From NCBI RefSeq assembly GCF_018350175.1, contig NC_058368.1, positions 120,282,001 to 120,346,000 of the forward strand: a DNA stretch of 64,000 bases, read 5' to 3'. The notes below the pieces were generated by a model. The model did no database searches. It saw nothing but the letters and a program-made list of their open reading frames with translations, and had not been told where the DNA came from. Positions 36,681 through 50,180 of the stretch are shown here, piece after piece. The position numbers and the translations under genes are program-made. The stretch is from Felis catus (taxonomy: Eukaryota). How positions within the stretch are numbered: position 1 is the first letter of the stretch; the number at the start of each line of letters is the position of its first letter.

Positions 36681-37008
36681 CACCAACACATTTCAGTTCT
36701 TCAAGTGCTTCCCATCCTTTCTGCTTAAACCCTCATAAATGCTGTTCCATCTACTTTGGGCGCTTCTTCCTGTTTAAACAACCCAACCCACACACATATT
36801 GAATTAATTTTCTAATTTAGATATCTGCCTTCTCTTTCTGTTCCAGTTCATATACCATTTCCTAAGGGAACCTTTCCCACAGGCCTCCCCAACAGTTTGT
36901 CTCTGCCTGCTATGCACCATCATAGCCCTCTGTCCTTCTACTTCTTGTCATTTATTATAATTAAAAACAAATAACTCTCTAATTAGTTTCATGGCAATAC
37001 ATGAAGTT

Positions 37009-37341
37009 TGTGATTGTTAATTTTACATGTCAACTCTACTGGGTAAGGAATGCCCTGATAGCTGGCAAAACATTACTCCTGCATGTGTGTATGACAGTAT
37101 CTCTGGAAGAGGTCAGCATTTGAATCAATCAATAAATTAAGAAAGTCATGCTCACCAGTGTGGGTGGGCATTATCCAATTCACTGAAAACCTGAATAGAA
37201 CAAAAAGTGGGAGGAAGAGTGAGTTTTGCTTTCTCTGCTTGAATAGAGGCATCTATCTTTTCCTGCCCTTAGACGTTGGTGCTCCTGGTTCTTGGGCTTT
37301 GGGATTTGGACTTAACACCATCAGTTCCCTTGGTTCTTAGG
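37009..37341 (+). mobile_element. MLT2 (ERVL) LTR, 3'-truncated
   Basis: tgtgattgttaattttacatgtcaact start; gtgggtgggcattatccaat...cctgaatagaacaaaaag; gctcctggttcttgggctttggg. Confidence 0.88.
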
Positions 37342-37366
37342 GAACCTAGGTCCCTAGGTTCTTAGT

Positions 37367-37414
<48 letters not shown>
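37367..37414. repeat. (GATA)12 tetranucleotide microsatellite
   Basis: 12 perfect units. Confidence 0.97.
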
Positions 37415-37416
<2 letters not shown>

Positions 37417-38014
37417 ATGTACATGTGTTATTTTAGGGTCTTTTAGTTTATCATGAAAGAATAAGATGTTTACTTACACTCTAAGTAAAGTAAACAGGGC
37501 CCTCCTGGTACTTACTAATTTAAAGTCAGCCCTCCCTTAAAAATCCATAAATTACATTGGAACACAATTGGATGAACTATAGAGGTAGACTCACAGTGTT
37601 TAACGTCTTTGGTAAAGGAAAGGTTTCATTATTCTCTTTGACCTGGGAGCTCCTTAAATACAAAGGAACTTCTCTTTTTTCAACATTGAGAACTTCTGTT
37701 GTATTACTGGAGAACATGGAAGAAATGCACATGGAAAAGTATTTATTCTCATTCAATTTTTGCTGATGAAGTGAAGAGAAGGCAAGTGAATGAAATTAGC
37801 AAATGCATTATTCATTCTTGTATTCACCCATCCATCTGTATTCAACAAATCCTGCTACAGCAAAAGTTTTGGTTTATGTGCTCCAAGGAATATATGAATA
37901 AAGTTAAACTCATGGCCAAATAGAACTTACAGCATAAAAAGAATGTAAAAAATCATGTGGGGTGATGAGAAGCTGATTAGAATGGAAACGAATAGGAATT
38001 TAAAAGTACACACT

Positions 38015-38525
38015 GAAAGTTCTCATTACATACACACACACACATCTGTGACTATGTATGGTGATGGATATTAACTAGATTTGCTGTGGTGATTATCTCT
38101 GAATATGTACAAATGTGGAACGATTACATTTTACACCTGAAACTAACATACTGTTTATGTCAAATACACCTAAATGAAAAAAAATAAAATCGTAACCAAA
38201 AAAAGCAAGCTTATGGATCTGGATTGGTGGTTGCTAGTGGCCAGAGTGGTAGTGGAATGGATGAAGGGAGTTAAAATGCCAACTTCCAGTTATAAATAAG
38301 CCATGGAGATGGAATGTATGGCAGGGTGGCTATAGTTCTTGATACTGTGTTGTGCATTTGAAAGTTGCTGAGAGAGTAGATTGTAAGTTTTCATTGTAAG
38401 AAAAAAAATGTCAACCATGGTGACAGATGTTAACTTAGTGTGGTGACCATTTCACAAAATATACAAATATCAAATCACTGTGTTGTACACCTGAAACTAA
38501 CATAATGTTATATATCAATTGTAAC
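38015..38525 (+). mobile_element. Two tandem L1M 3'-end fragments
   Basis: Terminal motif acacctgaaactaacata occurs twice (~38133 and ~38487), each preceded by ggtgatgga/ggtgacaga...ttaact. Confidence 0.8.
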
Positions 38526-38564
38526 TTTTTTTTTTTTTTTACTAGGGGAGAAGAGGGGAGAGAA

Positions 38565-38770
38565 AGTGCATGTTTGCGAGTTAGACATATCATTTCTCAT
38601 ATCTTGGCTCTGCTTCTGTCACTTTAAACCAAACCCTGTAACCTTTATTCTCCTCTTCCATTAAGTGGATTTAATAATCTAACTTAAATGTGGGGTTGTG
38701 AGAATCTAATGAGATTGGCAGTATAAAGCTATTTTTGTGGCGCTAGGCACACAGTAAGCACTTAATGATA
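38565..38770 (+). mobile_element. MIR
   Basis: tcttggctctgc...gggttgtgagaatctaatgagat...ggcacacagtaagcacttaat. Confidence 0.6.
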
Positions 38771-40227
38771 TCTTTGTGATTTGTTTCTTGTAAGCTTAAT
38801 TTCTATCAAACTTTTTTTTACAAACATCTATTTCAGTTTTCACTGAAATATTCTTCGTTGCTTCAACAAAATTTTTTTAAAAAATTAATCTTATACAAAC
38901 GGTAAATGAGCCACATTGAGGAGAGATTCTGGGCGTTTGTCCAGGCTATTGCATTCACTTTTTTTTATGCTGGCTCAAAGTGAGCATGATTTAAATTCAT
39001 ACCACAACAGTATGACAAATTATACAAATGATGGACCCTTCAGGGTCACTTATAAAGAGTTGAAACTGAAAATGTTCAATTCACAACGATGCCAACGATT
39101 TGCTTGTACATAATTACATATACCTCAGGCAAGCAAGTAAGTGATAAATGCCAGTCAAAAAGACTGATCAGGTGTGCAGGAAGTCAGAAGAGGGAAAGAT
39201 TGCATTTTAAGAAACTATTCAAGGCTGTGGCAAGAATGTCCTTCTCACAAAGCACATAATTATTTCTTACCATTTGATAACTGAATTCAGTTATGATGGA
39301 ACTGGTTTGAGTCCTCAGAGTTGTATGAAATGGAAACTTGTCATGTATGGGTTGTTTGTCTCTTATTTTCTTTTCCCAAGAAAAGAGGGAAAAACCTCTA
39401 TAAAATGCTGGTTTGAATAGTAAATAGTCATCACTGATTACCAGCAAAATTGTAATAATGAGAGTTACCATGCTCTGGATACTTTCTATCACAAAATGTG
39501 GCATACCAGACTTTTGGATTACATAGACCAGTACAACTAAAAATAAATTAATGAGTTTTCCCCAAAGAGCATTACTAACATTTTAATTTTATCACATAAA
39601 TGTGTAATTTGTTGAAGTTACAATTATTATTGCTGTCATTTTTTTAAAAAAGATTATTTTGTAGCAAAAAGGCAGGAAGAAAATAATCTATATAAATAAA
39701 ATTAAGTTGTTCTTTATATATCTATTAATGCATTTTACACAAGTAACCATATAGATTTTCAGAATATTAAGAGTGTATGTCTAGGACAATCTGATTTAAG
39801 GTATAGGCTACGGGGTCATACGTGAAATTCATGTTAGGAAATGTTGGGGAGCCCCACAAAGAAACAGACACCCTTGGTCCAGAGCACATGAAACTGAGCC
39901 TAGAGGAGACACCCTCCTGATGGCTGAGAAAATAGCACTGATTTAAACGGGAGCCCCAGATTGAAGGCAGAAGGGCAGATGTTCTAAATTACAGGCTTTG
40001 ATTACAATCTTGCTTCTTCTTGGGTTATATAGCCTGCTGCAAGCTGAGTTGTAGTAGCATTTTATTTAGTCAGTGGTGGTTAAAAAATTTTCTCAAGTAT
40101 TGCAAAGGAGGACGAATGCTGTCAGAATAGCGACAGTATTTATTAAACAACTGAATTTGGATTATGAAAATTCTGCTACTTTGACTTTTTCTCATTATGT
40201 TGAGGAGTAATGAAAACTTTTGAAACA

Positions 40228-40410
40228 TTCTGCACTGGTCCTTGAAAGGAACTGCATAACCAGAGAGCTCTTCTGAACTGCAGATGCCTAGAACCCACCC
40301 CTCAAGGGGTGTGATTGAAATAATTGTGAAAGGTGTCTCTATGCTTCATGATTTCTCAAAAGTTCTCCTCTAATGAATACACAATGCAACCAGGATTGAG
40401 AACCATAGGT
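40228..40410. mobile_element. MER5-like hAT MITE
   Basis: tgcagatgcctagaacccaccc...atgcaaccaggattgagaacca terminal segment. Confidence 0.55.
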
Positions 40411-42170
40411 CTACAGCTAGTGGACCATTTCTCTCCCTTTGTCACTGTTTTCGTCTAGAAACTGTCTACTGCCCAAAGCTGTATCTTACATCAGTGCACA
40501 TGGGTGCTTCCTTCCCCAAGTAGCATTGATATTTAGTGCCAGACCGTCTTAGGCTTGAAGAATGTACTGCAAAATAAATTCAGTGAAGTCTCTTTCCTGT
40601 TTGCCTGACTGTTCTCTGAGGCAAGAGAGAATCTTATATGGGGCAGTGGGAAATCTACTTCCAACACTGTATGAGTAGATGTCTTAACTGTTAACCAAAG
40701 GGTTAAGGTGTGTCCCAAATGACTTGCCCATACTCCCTTCAAAGCCAACAGCTGGAAAAGATTTAAAAGGCAGCCAAGGCATAATGTTTGCAGTAATTTA
40801 GAGTTCCCATTTGAAAACAGGACATCAATGGCTGCAGTGTGAATTTGCTGAAAGAATAACAGAAAAAAACTTAACATCTGGCATGTTTTTCGGAAGCCAT
40901 AAAATGGAAACATTATTACCAGAAAATATGATGGAGCTTGGCAGGTAAAGAGGGTGTAAAATAAAAATCTGAAAAGGAGAAAATAGGATGGGAAATTAAT
41001 CAGTAAATTCTGTAAATTAATGATGATGATGATGGTGGTGGTGATGATGACATTCTTTTTACTTTATTATTGACACACAATGCTGTATTATTTTCAGGTA
41101 TACGGCATACTGATTTGATAATTCTGTACATTACTCATTGCTCACCACCATAAGTGTCGTCACCATCTGTCATCATACAATGTTATTATAATATTGCTGA
41201 CTACATTCCCTATGCCGTACTTTTCATTTTTGTGACTTAATTTGTAACTGAAAGTTTGTATCTCTTAATCTCTTTCACATATTTTACCCATACCACCCCC
41301 CATATCCCCCTGGCAACCGCCAGCTTATTCTCTGTATTTAAGAATCTGTTTGTTCTTTTGTTTCTGTTTGTTTGTTTGTTTTTTTAGAATCCACATGTAA
41401 GTGAAATCATAGGGTATATAACTGTTTCTATCTGACTTATTTCCCTTAACATAATACCCTCTAGGTCTATCCGTGTTGTCACAAATGGCAAGATTTCATT
41501 CTTTATCACATCTTTATCCATTCATTTGTGGATGGATACTTGGGCTGGTTGCATATCCTGGCTGTTGTAAATAAGGCTGCAAATAATATACAGATGCACA
41601 TATCTTTTCAAAATAGCGTATTTGTTTTATCTGGGTAAATAGTAATGGAATTACTGAGTTATATGGTATTCTATTTTTAATTTTTAGAGGAAACTTCATA
41701 CTGTTTTCCACAGTACTGCACCAGTTTTCATTCTCACCAGCAGTGTATAAAAGAGTTCCCTTTTCTCCACATCCTCACTAACACTTATTATTTCTTACCT
41801 TTTTAATCCTAGCCATTCTGACTGGTGTGAGGTGATATCTCATCATAGTTTGATTTTCATTTCCCTGATGATAAGTGATGTTGAGTATCTTGTCACTTGT
41901 CTCTTGGCCATATATGTGTCTCCCCTGGAAAAATGTCTGTTCGTGTCCTTTGCTCATTTTTTAATCAGATTGGGTTTTTGTTTTGTTTCATTTTTGGTGT
42001 TATATAAGTTGTTTATATATTTTGGGTGTTAACCCCTAAGAGATGCATTATTTGCAAATATCTTCTACCATTCTGTAGGTTGCCTTGTTGTTGTTGTTGT
42101 TGTTATTGTTGATGATGATGATGGTTCCCATTCCTTTGCAACAACTTACTATTTTTGTGTAGTCCCAGTC

Positions 42171-42207
42171 ATTTTTTAAAAAAAAATTTTAAATGCTTTT
42201 ATTTATT

Positions 42208-42255
<48 letters not shown>

Positions 42256-42426
42256 AGGACACAAGCAGGAGAGGGGCAGAGAGAGAGGGAGACACAGACT
42301 CCAAAGCAGGTTCCATACTCTGAGCTGTCAGCACAGAACCCAACACAGGGCTCAAACCCACGAACTGTGAGACCATGACCTGGACCAAAGTCAGACACTG
42401 AGCTGACTGAGCCACCTAGTCACCCC
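42171..42426 (-). mobile_element. Can-SINE with expanded (GA)n
   Basis: (GA)~21 at 42211-42252; SINE body and head. Confidence 0.95.
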
Positions 42427-43816
42427 TCAATTACTTATTTTTGCTTTTGTTTCCCTTGCCTGTGCACACATACCTAGAAAAATGCTGCTAAAGGTGATGT
42501 CCAGGAGATTACTGCCTATGTTTCCTTTTGGGAGTGTTATGGTTGCAAGACTCACATTTAGGTCTTTAGTCCATTTTGAGTTTATTTTACGTATAATGCA
42601 GGAAAGTGGTCACAGTTTGCTCTCTTGCATGTAGTTTTTCAGTTTTCCCACCACAATTTCTTAAAGATATTCTTTGTCCTCTTATATATTCTTGCCCCCT
42701 TTGTCGTATATTAATTAACCACATAAGTGTGGGTCTATTTCCGCACTCTGTATTCCATTGATCTATGTGTTTGTTTTTATGCCTGTACCGCATTGTTTGG
42801 ATAATAATATATTTATAATATATCTTGAAATCTCAACTATGATACCTCCAGCTTTGTCCTTCTTTCTCAAGATTGTTTTGGCTATTTGAAGTCTTGGTGG
42901 TTCCATAAAAAATTTAGGATTATTTGTTCTAGTTCTGTGAAAAAGTAGTATTGGTAATTAGATAGGGATTACCCTGAATCTTGTAATTGGTTTGGATAGT
43001 TATGAACATTTTAACAATACTATTCTTTCCAGTCTTTGAGAGTGATAAAATAATTTCTTTCATCAGTGGTTTATTATTTTCAGGGTACAGGTCTTTCACC
43101 TCCTTTGTTAAAATTATTCCTAGGTATTTTATTCTTTTTCAAAAAGAATAAAATTACTTGCAATCGTAAGTGGGATTTTTTTCTTAATTTCTCTTATTGC
43201 TACTTCATTATTAGTGTACAGAAATGTGACAGATATCTGTATATTCATTTTATATTCTGAAACTACTAAATTCATTTATCAGTTCCACCAGTTTTTTTTT
43301 GTACAATCTTTATGGTTTTCTACATACAGTATCACATCATCTGCAAATGGTGACAGTTTAACTTCTTTTTTTTTAATCATTTGGATGCCTTTTATTTTAT
43401 TTTTTTTTTCTGATCACTCTGACTAGGATGTCCAGTACTATGTTAAATAAAAGTGGTGAGAATGGACATCCTTGTCTTTGTTCCTCATGTGAGGGCAAAA
43501 GCTCTCATGTTTTTCACCACTAAGTAGGTTGTTAGCTGTGGGTTTTTCATATACGGACTTTATTCTATTGAGATATGATTCCTCTAAACCACTTTGTTGA
43601 GAACTTTTATCATGAATGGATATTATTCTTTACCAAATGATTTTTCTGTTTCTATTGAGATGATCATATAGTTTTCATCCTATTTTTAACACGATGTGTC
43701 ATGTTGATTGAGTTGTGAATATTGAACCACCCTTTCATTCCTAGAATAAATCCCACTTGATCATGGTGAATTATCCTTTTAATATATTGTTGAATTTGCT
43801 TGACAATTAAAAAACA

Positions 43817-44023
43817 TTTTTTTGATGTTTATTTATTTTTGAGAGAGAGACAGAGTGTGAGTAGGGGAGGGGCAGAGAGAGAGAGGGAGGCACAGAATCT
43901 GAAGTAAGCTATAGGCTCCAAGCTGTTAGCACAGATCCCCACATAGGACTCAAACTCAAAACCATGAGATCATGACCTGAACCAAAGTTGGACACTTAAC
44001 TGATAGAGTCACCCAAGTGCCCC
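43817..44023 (-). mobile_element. Can-SINE
   Basis: Full body ending cacccaagtgcccc. Confidence 0.94.
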
Positions 44024-44097
44024 TGATAATGTTTGGTTGAGCATTTTTGCGTCTATGTTCATCAGGGATATTGGTTTATAGTTTTTCTCTTTTCTTT

Positions 44098-44099
<2 letters not shown>

Positions 44100-44156
<57 letters not shown>
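44100..44156. repeat. (CTTT)n microsatellite inside L1
   Basis: Near-perfect tetranucleotide run. Confidence 0.95.
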
Positions 44157-44939
44157 TAGTTTGTAGTATGTTTTCAGTGTCAGGGTAGTGCTGATGTCAG
44201 AGAATGAATTTAAAAGTTTTCCTTCCTTTTCTATTTTTTGGAATAGTTTGAGAGAAATAGGTTATTAACTCCTTTTTAAACATTTGGTGCAATTCACCAG
44301 TAAAGCCATTTTTTCCTGGACTTTTGTTTGTTGAGAGTGTTTATTACCAATTCAGTTTTGTTACTAGTAATAGATCTGTTCAAATTTTCCAATTCTTTCT
44401 AATTTGGTAGTGATTATATTAAAATAGCAATAAAGCACCATCTGTGAGTTCTGATGGTGTATCAGGTATTTATTTTTATTCACTTATGCATTCATTGCTG
44501 GATATAGGTATGCAGAAGGGAACAATGATAAGCACAGTACCTGACTTCATCAAGCTTATATTTCAGTTTGGGAAATTCTTATTTGTATTTGATCTTTATG
44601 ACATAGCTGCAAAGTAAGAATTGATCACTCCAATTTCACAGGAATTTAAAACTCAAAAAGTTTGTTAATATACATGAATTTATTAATACCTGTGATCTTA
44701 ATGAATCAGGACATGTCAGAGGAATTATTATTTGCAACTTTAGGCAAATATTACATCTCTTTATTGTAAATGGAAAAGAGAAAACAAGAGCATCCTCACA
44801 GTTGAGACAATTTGCTTGAGCACCAAAAGACCTAGATTCAAATGTTGGCTTGGTCATTAATACATGTTGTCATATTGAGCAGATTCTATCCTTTACTAAG
44901 TTTGTTTCACAATAATGAAGTGAAGCAGTTGGACTAGAT

Positions 44940-45126
44940 CAGTAGTTCTCAAGGTATAGTCATCAGATAAACAACCTCATCACCACCTGGGAGGTTGTTT
45001 GAAATGCAAATTATCATGGCACATTCCATATCTACTGAATCCGAAACTCTGGGTGGTGCCCAGTAATTTATATTTTAACAGGCCTTCCAGGTGATTCTGA
45101 CATGTGCTAAACTTTGAAAAGCACTG
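44940..45126. mobile_element. MER5A hAT-Charlie MITE
   Basis: TIRs cagtagttctcaa / ttgaaaagcactg; imperfect 8-bp TSD gactagat / gactaaag; gaaatgcaaatt and ccaggtgattctga internal. Confidence 0.88.
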
Positions 45127-45149
45127 GACTAAAGATGAAATATAATGAT

Positions 45150-45350
45150 TAAAAATTTAAGAGTCAAATAAACATGGATTTGATCCAAGCTCCACAACTC
45201 ATTAGCTCCATGAGTATTGGGAAGTCACTGAACCACTGTGAGCCTCTATTTCCTGAACCATCAAATGGGATCAACAATAACATTTTTCCTCATGGTCTGT
45301 CATGAATGAGAAAACACATGAAAAATACACAGGGAAACGCTCATATTTAA
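45150..45350 (+). mobile_element. MIR
   Basis: gagtcaaataaacatggattt...aagtcactgaaccactgtgagcctctatttcct...aaatgggat. Confidence 0.65.
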
Positions 45351-46259
45351 CTGATTTTTTTTATCAACATCATCACTTTTGTGATCTTAAACATTTTAAC
45401 ATTGATATTCTAAGATTGTGTCATATTTGAAGATGACATCAAGAATTCTGAATAGTCCAAAATAGTGCCCACGTTTTTTTGGGGGTAAAGTTCCCGTTTT
45501 AACAACCTAAGTGCAGACTAAAACTGTCAGATTGCAGCAACAAACAGTTCTGTTACAAGAGGTAGCAAGCATTATTACAAACAGGTGTTGGATTTTGCAT
45601 CCATAGCGTCAGCAAACCATGTCCATCTGTATCAAAGCAGCTTGCTCAAACTATGAGGTCTGTTGGCTTCCAAATGTGCTGTCTAGTCAAATGGAGCCTT
45701 GGATGTAAAGCCATGTATTAGGCTGGCAATGATAAATGAATTGAACAAAAGGAGAAGAACATCAATCCAATGAGCAGATAGAAACTGGAAGAAAGATGTC
45801 GTTTAAAATGTGTGGATGTGTCATTCCCCTTTCCCCCACTACCTACCTTTCCTTTGTATCCTCTCTACCCTGCAGGTTCCTCACAAACAAATTAAACCAC
45901 TAGAAAACAGGAAGAAACAGGGATGAATGGTGATGTGCCAACCAGAGTAACTGAAATGTGGGTTGAATGTGGTATAAATCCCCCTGCACCCAATAAAGGA
46001 GTCAAGTTGCAGTTTAAGCCCAGAAAAAGTAAATTCTACAAGGCATTTTCTTTTGTGAGCAAGCCTAATTACATACAGTACCTCAATACAACCAAAAATT
46101 TCAGACATGATATACCACAGTGACTAAGATCTCCGTCCTTGGGGTCTGACAGCCAAGACTTGAATCTCTTCTCTGCCATTTACAAGCTGGATGATCTTGG
46201 GCAAGTTTCTCGATTCTGAGTCTCATTTTTTCTCCTCCCTAAGTTTTGATGAAATCCTC

Positions 46260-46720
46260 TGTATGTCTATGGGTTGCATGTGAAACTGTCTCAAGTCCAA
46301 ACGTGAATTTACTAGTTCACAAGACTGAGAAGTCCTGAGGTAGACTGTATCTTTCAGGCATAGCTGGCTTAAAGCTCACCCTTAATCAAGACTTGATTAA
46401 GCTCAGCCCCCAAGAATTGGCAAGTACCTGCAGTACCCCAACATCCATAAAACTCCCACTGCGGCAGAAGGTAGACCACTTTTTATTGCACACTTGGTGG
46501 TCTTATGCTTTTCTCTGTTTGATTCAAGATGTCCAAAGTAGGTCCAGTCACCATACACAGTAAAAATCTGGTGTGCTGATTGGCTTGGTCTTATATCACA
46601 TGATCACCCTGGAGTTTAGGGATGGGCGGCTGCTACCCAGGGGCCACAGTTCAAGAGCAGGGAATAATGTATGCCTGTTAGAAAAATTGGCATTGTTGCT
46701 GCAGGGGCAAGTGCTATGTA
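46260..46720 (-). mobile_element. MaLR LTR (MLT1-like), degraded
   Basis: ggttgcatgtga...tttactagttcacaagactgagaagtcc...tttcaggcatagctgg; gtgctgattggcttggtct...cacatgatcaccctgga. Confidence 0.55.
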
Positions 46721-46904
46721 GACACTCCACTCCTTTATTTTTCCTCTTTTTTTTTTCTTTCCAGTTAGTCCTTTTGTTCTACATGCATGTGTAGCCCCTA
46801 ACCTCAACGCATTACTGAACTCCAGGTCAGTTGTTCATAAAATATGGCTAGTGGACAACTTAAACCAGAATTTTCCATAGTGCTGTTGAAATGGACCTGG
46901 ACTT

Positions 46905-47002
46905 CCCCCTAGCACAGAATCCCAGAGAATTAAACCCAGACGTCTATATTTGTAATAAGTTCCCCAGGTGATTCTTAAAAATACTAAAGTTTGAGAATCA
47001 TT
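46905..47002. mobile_element. MER5-like MITE half
   Basis: aataagttccccaggtgattctta...aaagtttgagaatcattg. Confidence 0.7.
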
Positions 47003-47429
47003 GAAACAGATAATGAAGATAATCTCCCCCATAATAAAGCATCAGTTTAATATACTACTGTCACTTCGTTATGCCTGTCTGTAAAATAAAGACAATAATA
47101 TATGACCTCAACTACCTCAAAGAGCTCTTTGAGGACCAATAATTTCATTTAATGTAAATTTCTTTCTGGTTCCTTAGAAATAGTGGTAAAATAAGTTTTA
47201 TTACTTTGGCATGCTAATGGTAATAAGTGGTGCCTTAAATATAGAAGTAATACATGTCATATTTTTTTTAATTATGATATGGAGTAAGATGATAAAACCC
47301 CTCTGTGTGTGAGTGTACTTACCTACAGAGAGGGAAAAAATCTCTATCAGGGTTGAATGAGAAGTTAATTAATTCATGGAAGATCTTAGGATTTCGGCCC
47401 ATAGTAATCATTCAAATGATAGTGACTCT

Positions 47430-47570
47430 TACAGGCCCTTGCTATGTATTTTCTCACTTAATCCACATACACTTTGGTAAGTGGTTATCATTGCACCTAT
47501 TTACAAGCGAAGGACCCAAAGGTCAGAGAGTTTAATCACTTCATCAGGGTCACAGAGCTAGTATGGTAAG
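47430..47570 (-). mobile_element. MIR
   Basis: cctatttacaagcgaaggacccaaaggtcagagagttt...tcagggtcacagagctagta. Confidence 0.65.
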
Positions 47571-48560
47571 TAAGTCAAAATATCATTGAAAACCACAAGT
47601 ATTCAGGGGGTGGCTTTTACAAGCTATCCACTGATAATTCATAATTTGTGAGTATTATAATTTAATTATGTGAAAGGACCAGTTAATAGAGCACTCTAGT
47701 TAGAATGTTTACCATAAGAGTTTATTATTTATGAGCATATAGTAATGCTATTATCTTTTTCCACCCTCCATCCTACCAGCCTGAGAAAATAATACTGAAA
47801 CTTCTGAATATATAATCTTGACAGGGTGCAAATGAGAATTGTTTTGTTGAAGACTTCGCTCCCTAGGTTGCAGAGTGAAAGTTACCTAAATTACTCCTAA
47901 GGACTAATTTACACAACAGGAAAATTAAGCTCAATATGTTGTTTATTTTCTGCAGGGGAGTTTGTTTATTCTCAGTTGTATTTTTTGTCAAGATTTATTT
48001 GTAGGCTGTTTCCATTTTTTTTATCAAACCAAAATTACCGGCATGGCTGTATTTTAAAATACACACTTGATAAGCTTGAAATAACATCTGCCCTTAAGAG
48101 TAGGGGTTTTGTTTCTTTGTTTGCCTGCTTCGCCCCATCTTGATCCTGGGTGCTCAGATAATCTCAGATTCCATCTCACCATAACTTCTCTCCTTAAACC
48201 AAGGGCTCAACCCTCCCCCTCCACCCACATCTCAGCCCCTCCCTCCTGGCTGTGCTCAGGTCTGACCTTCTGCAGGGGTGCTTTCCTTCACTGCTAAAGC
48301 ACCCTAAAGTGATCATTCTTCTTTCCAGAAACTTGCACTTGTACATTTTTATATCTTGTAGTTCTCTTGAGAAATTCCTTGGAATTTCGCTGGAAGACAC
48401 TGTGAACTGGGTGAATAAACAGGTTGTTTCCTTTGAATTACATGCTAGGAGGCTTACAAGGAACTCTTAGGGCTTTGCAGAGCATGGGTAAAGACTTCAC
48501 AGTGAGCATTTTTATTTGAGCCTCATCTTGGGCTCTGTTTCATGTCCACATGTTTTCCCT

Positions 48561-48600
<40 letters not shown>

Positions 48601-48620
48601 GCATATACACACCCACACAC
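48561..48620. repeat. (CA)n microsatellite
   Basis: ~15 perfect CA units with degenerate flanks. Confidence 0.93.
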
Positions 48621-48835
48621 CTGCCTCCTTTTTAATCACACTTTCCTAATCTATGTTTCATTTTTGTGTTCTGTGTATTTTAGTAAACCTCCTTATGTAT
48701 TTTTTCCTAGGATGGGTACAAATTGAAATACAAATAAACAGATACAAGACAGATGTCAGAAGTCTTTGTGTTGCCTGTGACAAAACGTGATTTTCAGCTT
48801 TAGCTGAAACTTGATCCAGAAGTTCACATTTTGTT

Positions 48836-49048
48836 GGAGTCCCTGGGTGGCTCAGTCGGTTAAGCATCCGAGTTCACCTCAGCTCATGATCATGTGGTTC
48901 ATGAGTTCGAGCCCCGTGTCAGGCTCTGTGCTGACAGCTCAGAGGCTGGAGCCTGCTTCACATTCTGTGTCTCCCTCTCTCTCTGCCCCTCCTCCACTCA
49001 TGCTGTGTCTGTCTCTCAAAAATAAATAAATGTTAAAAAAAAAACAAA
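48836..49048 (+). mobile_element. Can-SINE (feline SINEC)
   Basis: Full body; imperfect TSD cagaagttcacattttgt 48817-48834 / cagaagttcaatttttgt 49049-49066. Confidence 0.96.
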
Positions 49049-50071
49049 CAGAAGTTCAATTTTTGTCATCCAAACCTTGGGTACTTGGTGAATCTTTGTT
49101 ATATGCTTATGCAGCATCAGCCTTGTTCTCAAACCTCACCATTACGGCCTCTGGAGCTTCTAACCTCTCTCTCCTTGGGGCAGCAAAATGGAACCTTTCA
49201 TCCCAAGCACCCAAACCACTAAGTTCACAGGAAGAAGGAATGTTTCTTATGGTTGTTTCTGTAGGATAGATAAGATGTGTTTCTCTTCAGAAAGAAATAT
49301 CTCTTATTTCATTGGTTCCAATTGGGTCTTAGTCTTTCCTTGAGCAAATCATTTATCTCAAGTCTGTAGGAAGCTTGGCAATCATTGCTTTAAACAAATC
49401 TTGTTTAAAGTGGGGGACGGGTGATTTTTGAAGAAGAATTTGGGGTACTTAGGAAGTTGGACTTAGAAATCTGGGGACTAAAACCTTGACAGATATTCCC
49501 TATGAAGTTTTGGAGTTTTGTACATAATTGTTTTAATCATGTCTAGGTGTTAGCAGGTCCTCTGCAAGGTGATGGAAGGATCCTTCAGTGAAGAATTTGT
49601 CTTGGCCTTTTTTCGTAGATTTCACAGGAGCCAGCATATACCAGGCTCCCAGCTGGTACACAGCCTACCTGCTGGTGGCCTCGGGTGTAATTTATGTTGT
49701 AGTTCACTTGTACAGCTGGGCTCTATGGTACATCTCATCACCATGAAAAGAGAGCTAGAGGAGTAACCCTCAGGGATTAATTAGTGCAGTGGGGCAACAC
49801 GCTCAGTATGATGGTGCCTGCTCAAGGGACACTTGTGTACTTACACTTTTTGGCTGAGATGGGACAATTCGTTAGAGTTAGGGTGGGAGACACTGTCCTC
49901 CTTGAATTTTGTCATAATTGCCCCAGGAATATTTTCTATTTTCTATGTACACCCAGAACCATAAAATCAGGGATGGGGTATAGAACAACTGAGATGGGAG
50001 CCGCATTAGGGTATCGTCCTGTTTTCCCAGTACAAATAGTACAAATATCCTACATAGCATGCATAGCAGGT

Positions 50072-50180
50072 AATGTTGCCAAATTTAGCACATACAAATA
50101 TAGCATACCTCAGCTGCATTTAAATTTCAGATAAACCACAAATTAATGTTTTTAATACAAGGATGGTCCATGCAGTATTT
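50072..50180. mobile_element. MER53-like hAT MITE fragment
   Basis: gttgccaaatttagca...tttaaatttcagataaac...gtccatgcagtattt matches MER53 arm (recollection). Confidence 0.65.

Larger units (their letters stand above)
41053..44405 (-). mobile_element. L1 (L1MA9/old carnivore-like), 5'-truncated, with two SINEs
   Basis: ORFs 41514..41711 (MENSMKFPLKIKNRIPYNSVIPLL) and 42587..42793 (HKNKHIDQWN) are L1 ORF2 remnants; 3'UTR at left. Confidence 0.93.

Noticed and set aside
39184..39504. 106-aa minus-strand ORF with a donor-like ATG|gtaaga at ~39270
   Set aside because: Weak acceptor and unrecognisable peptide.
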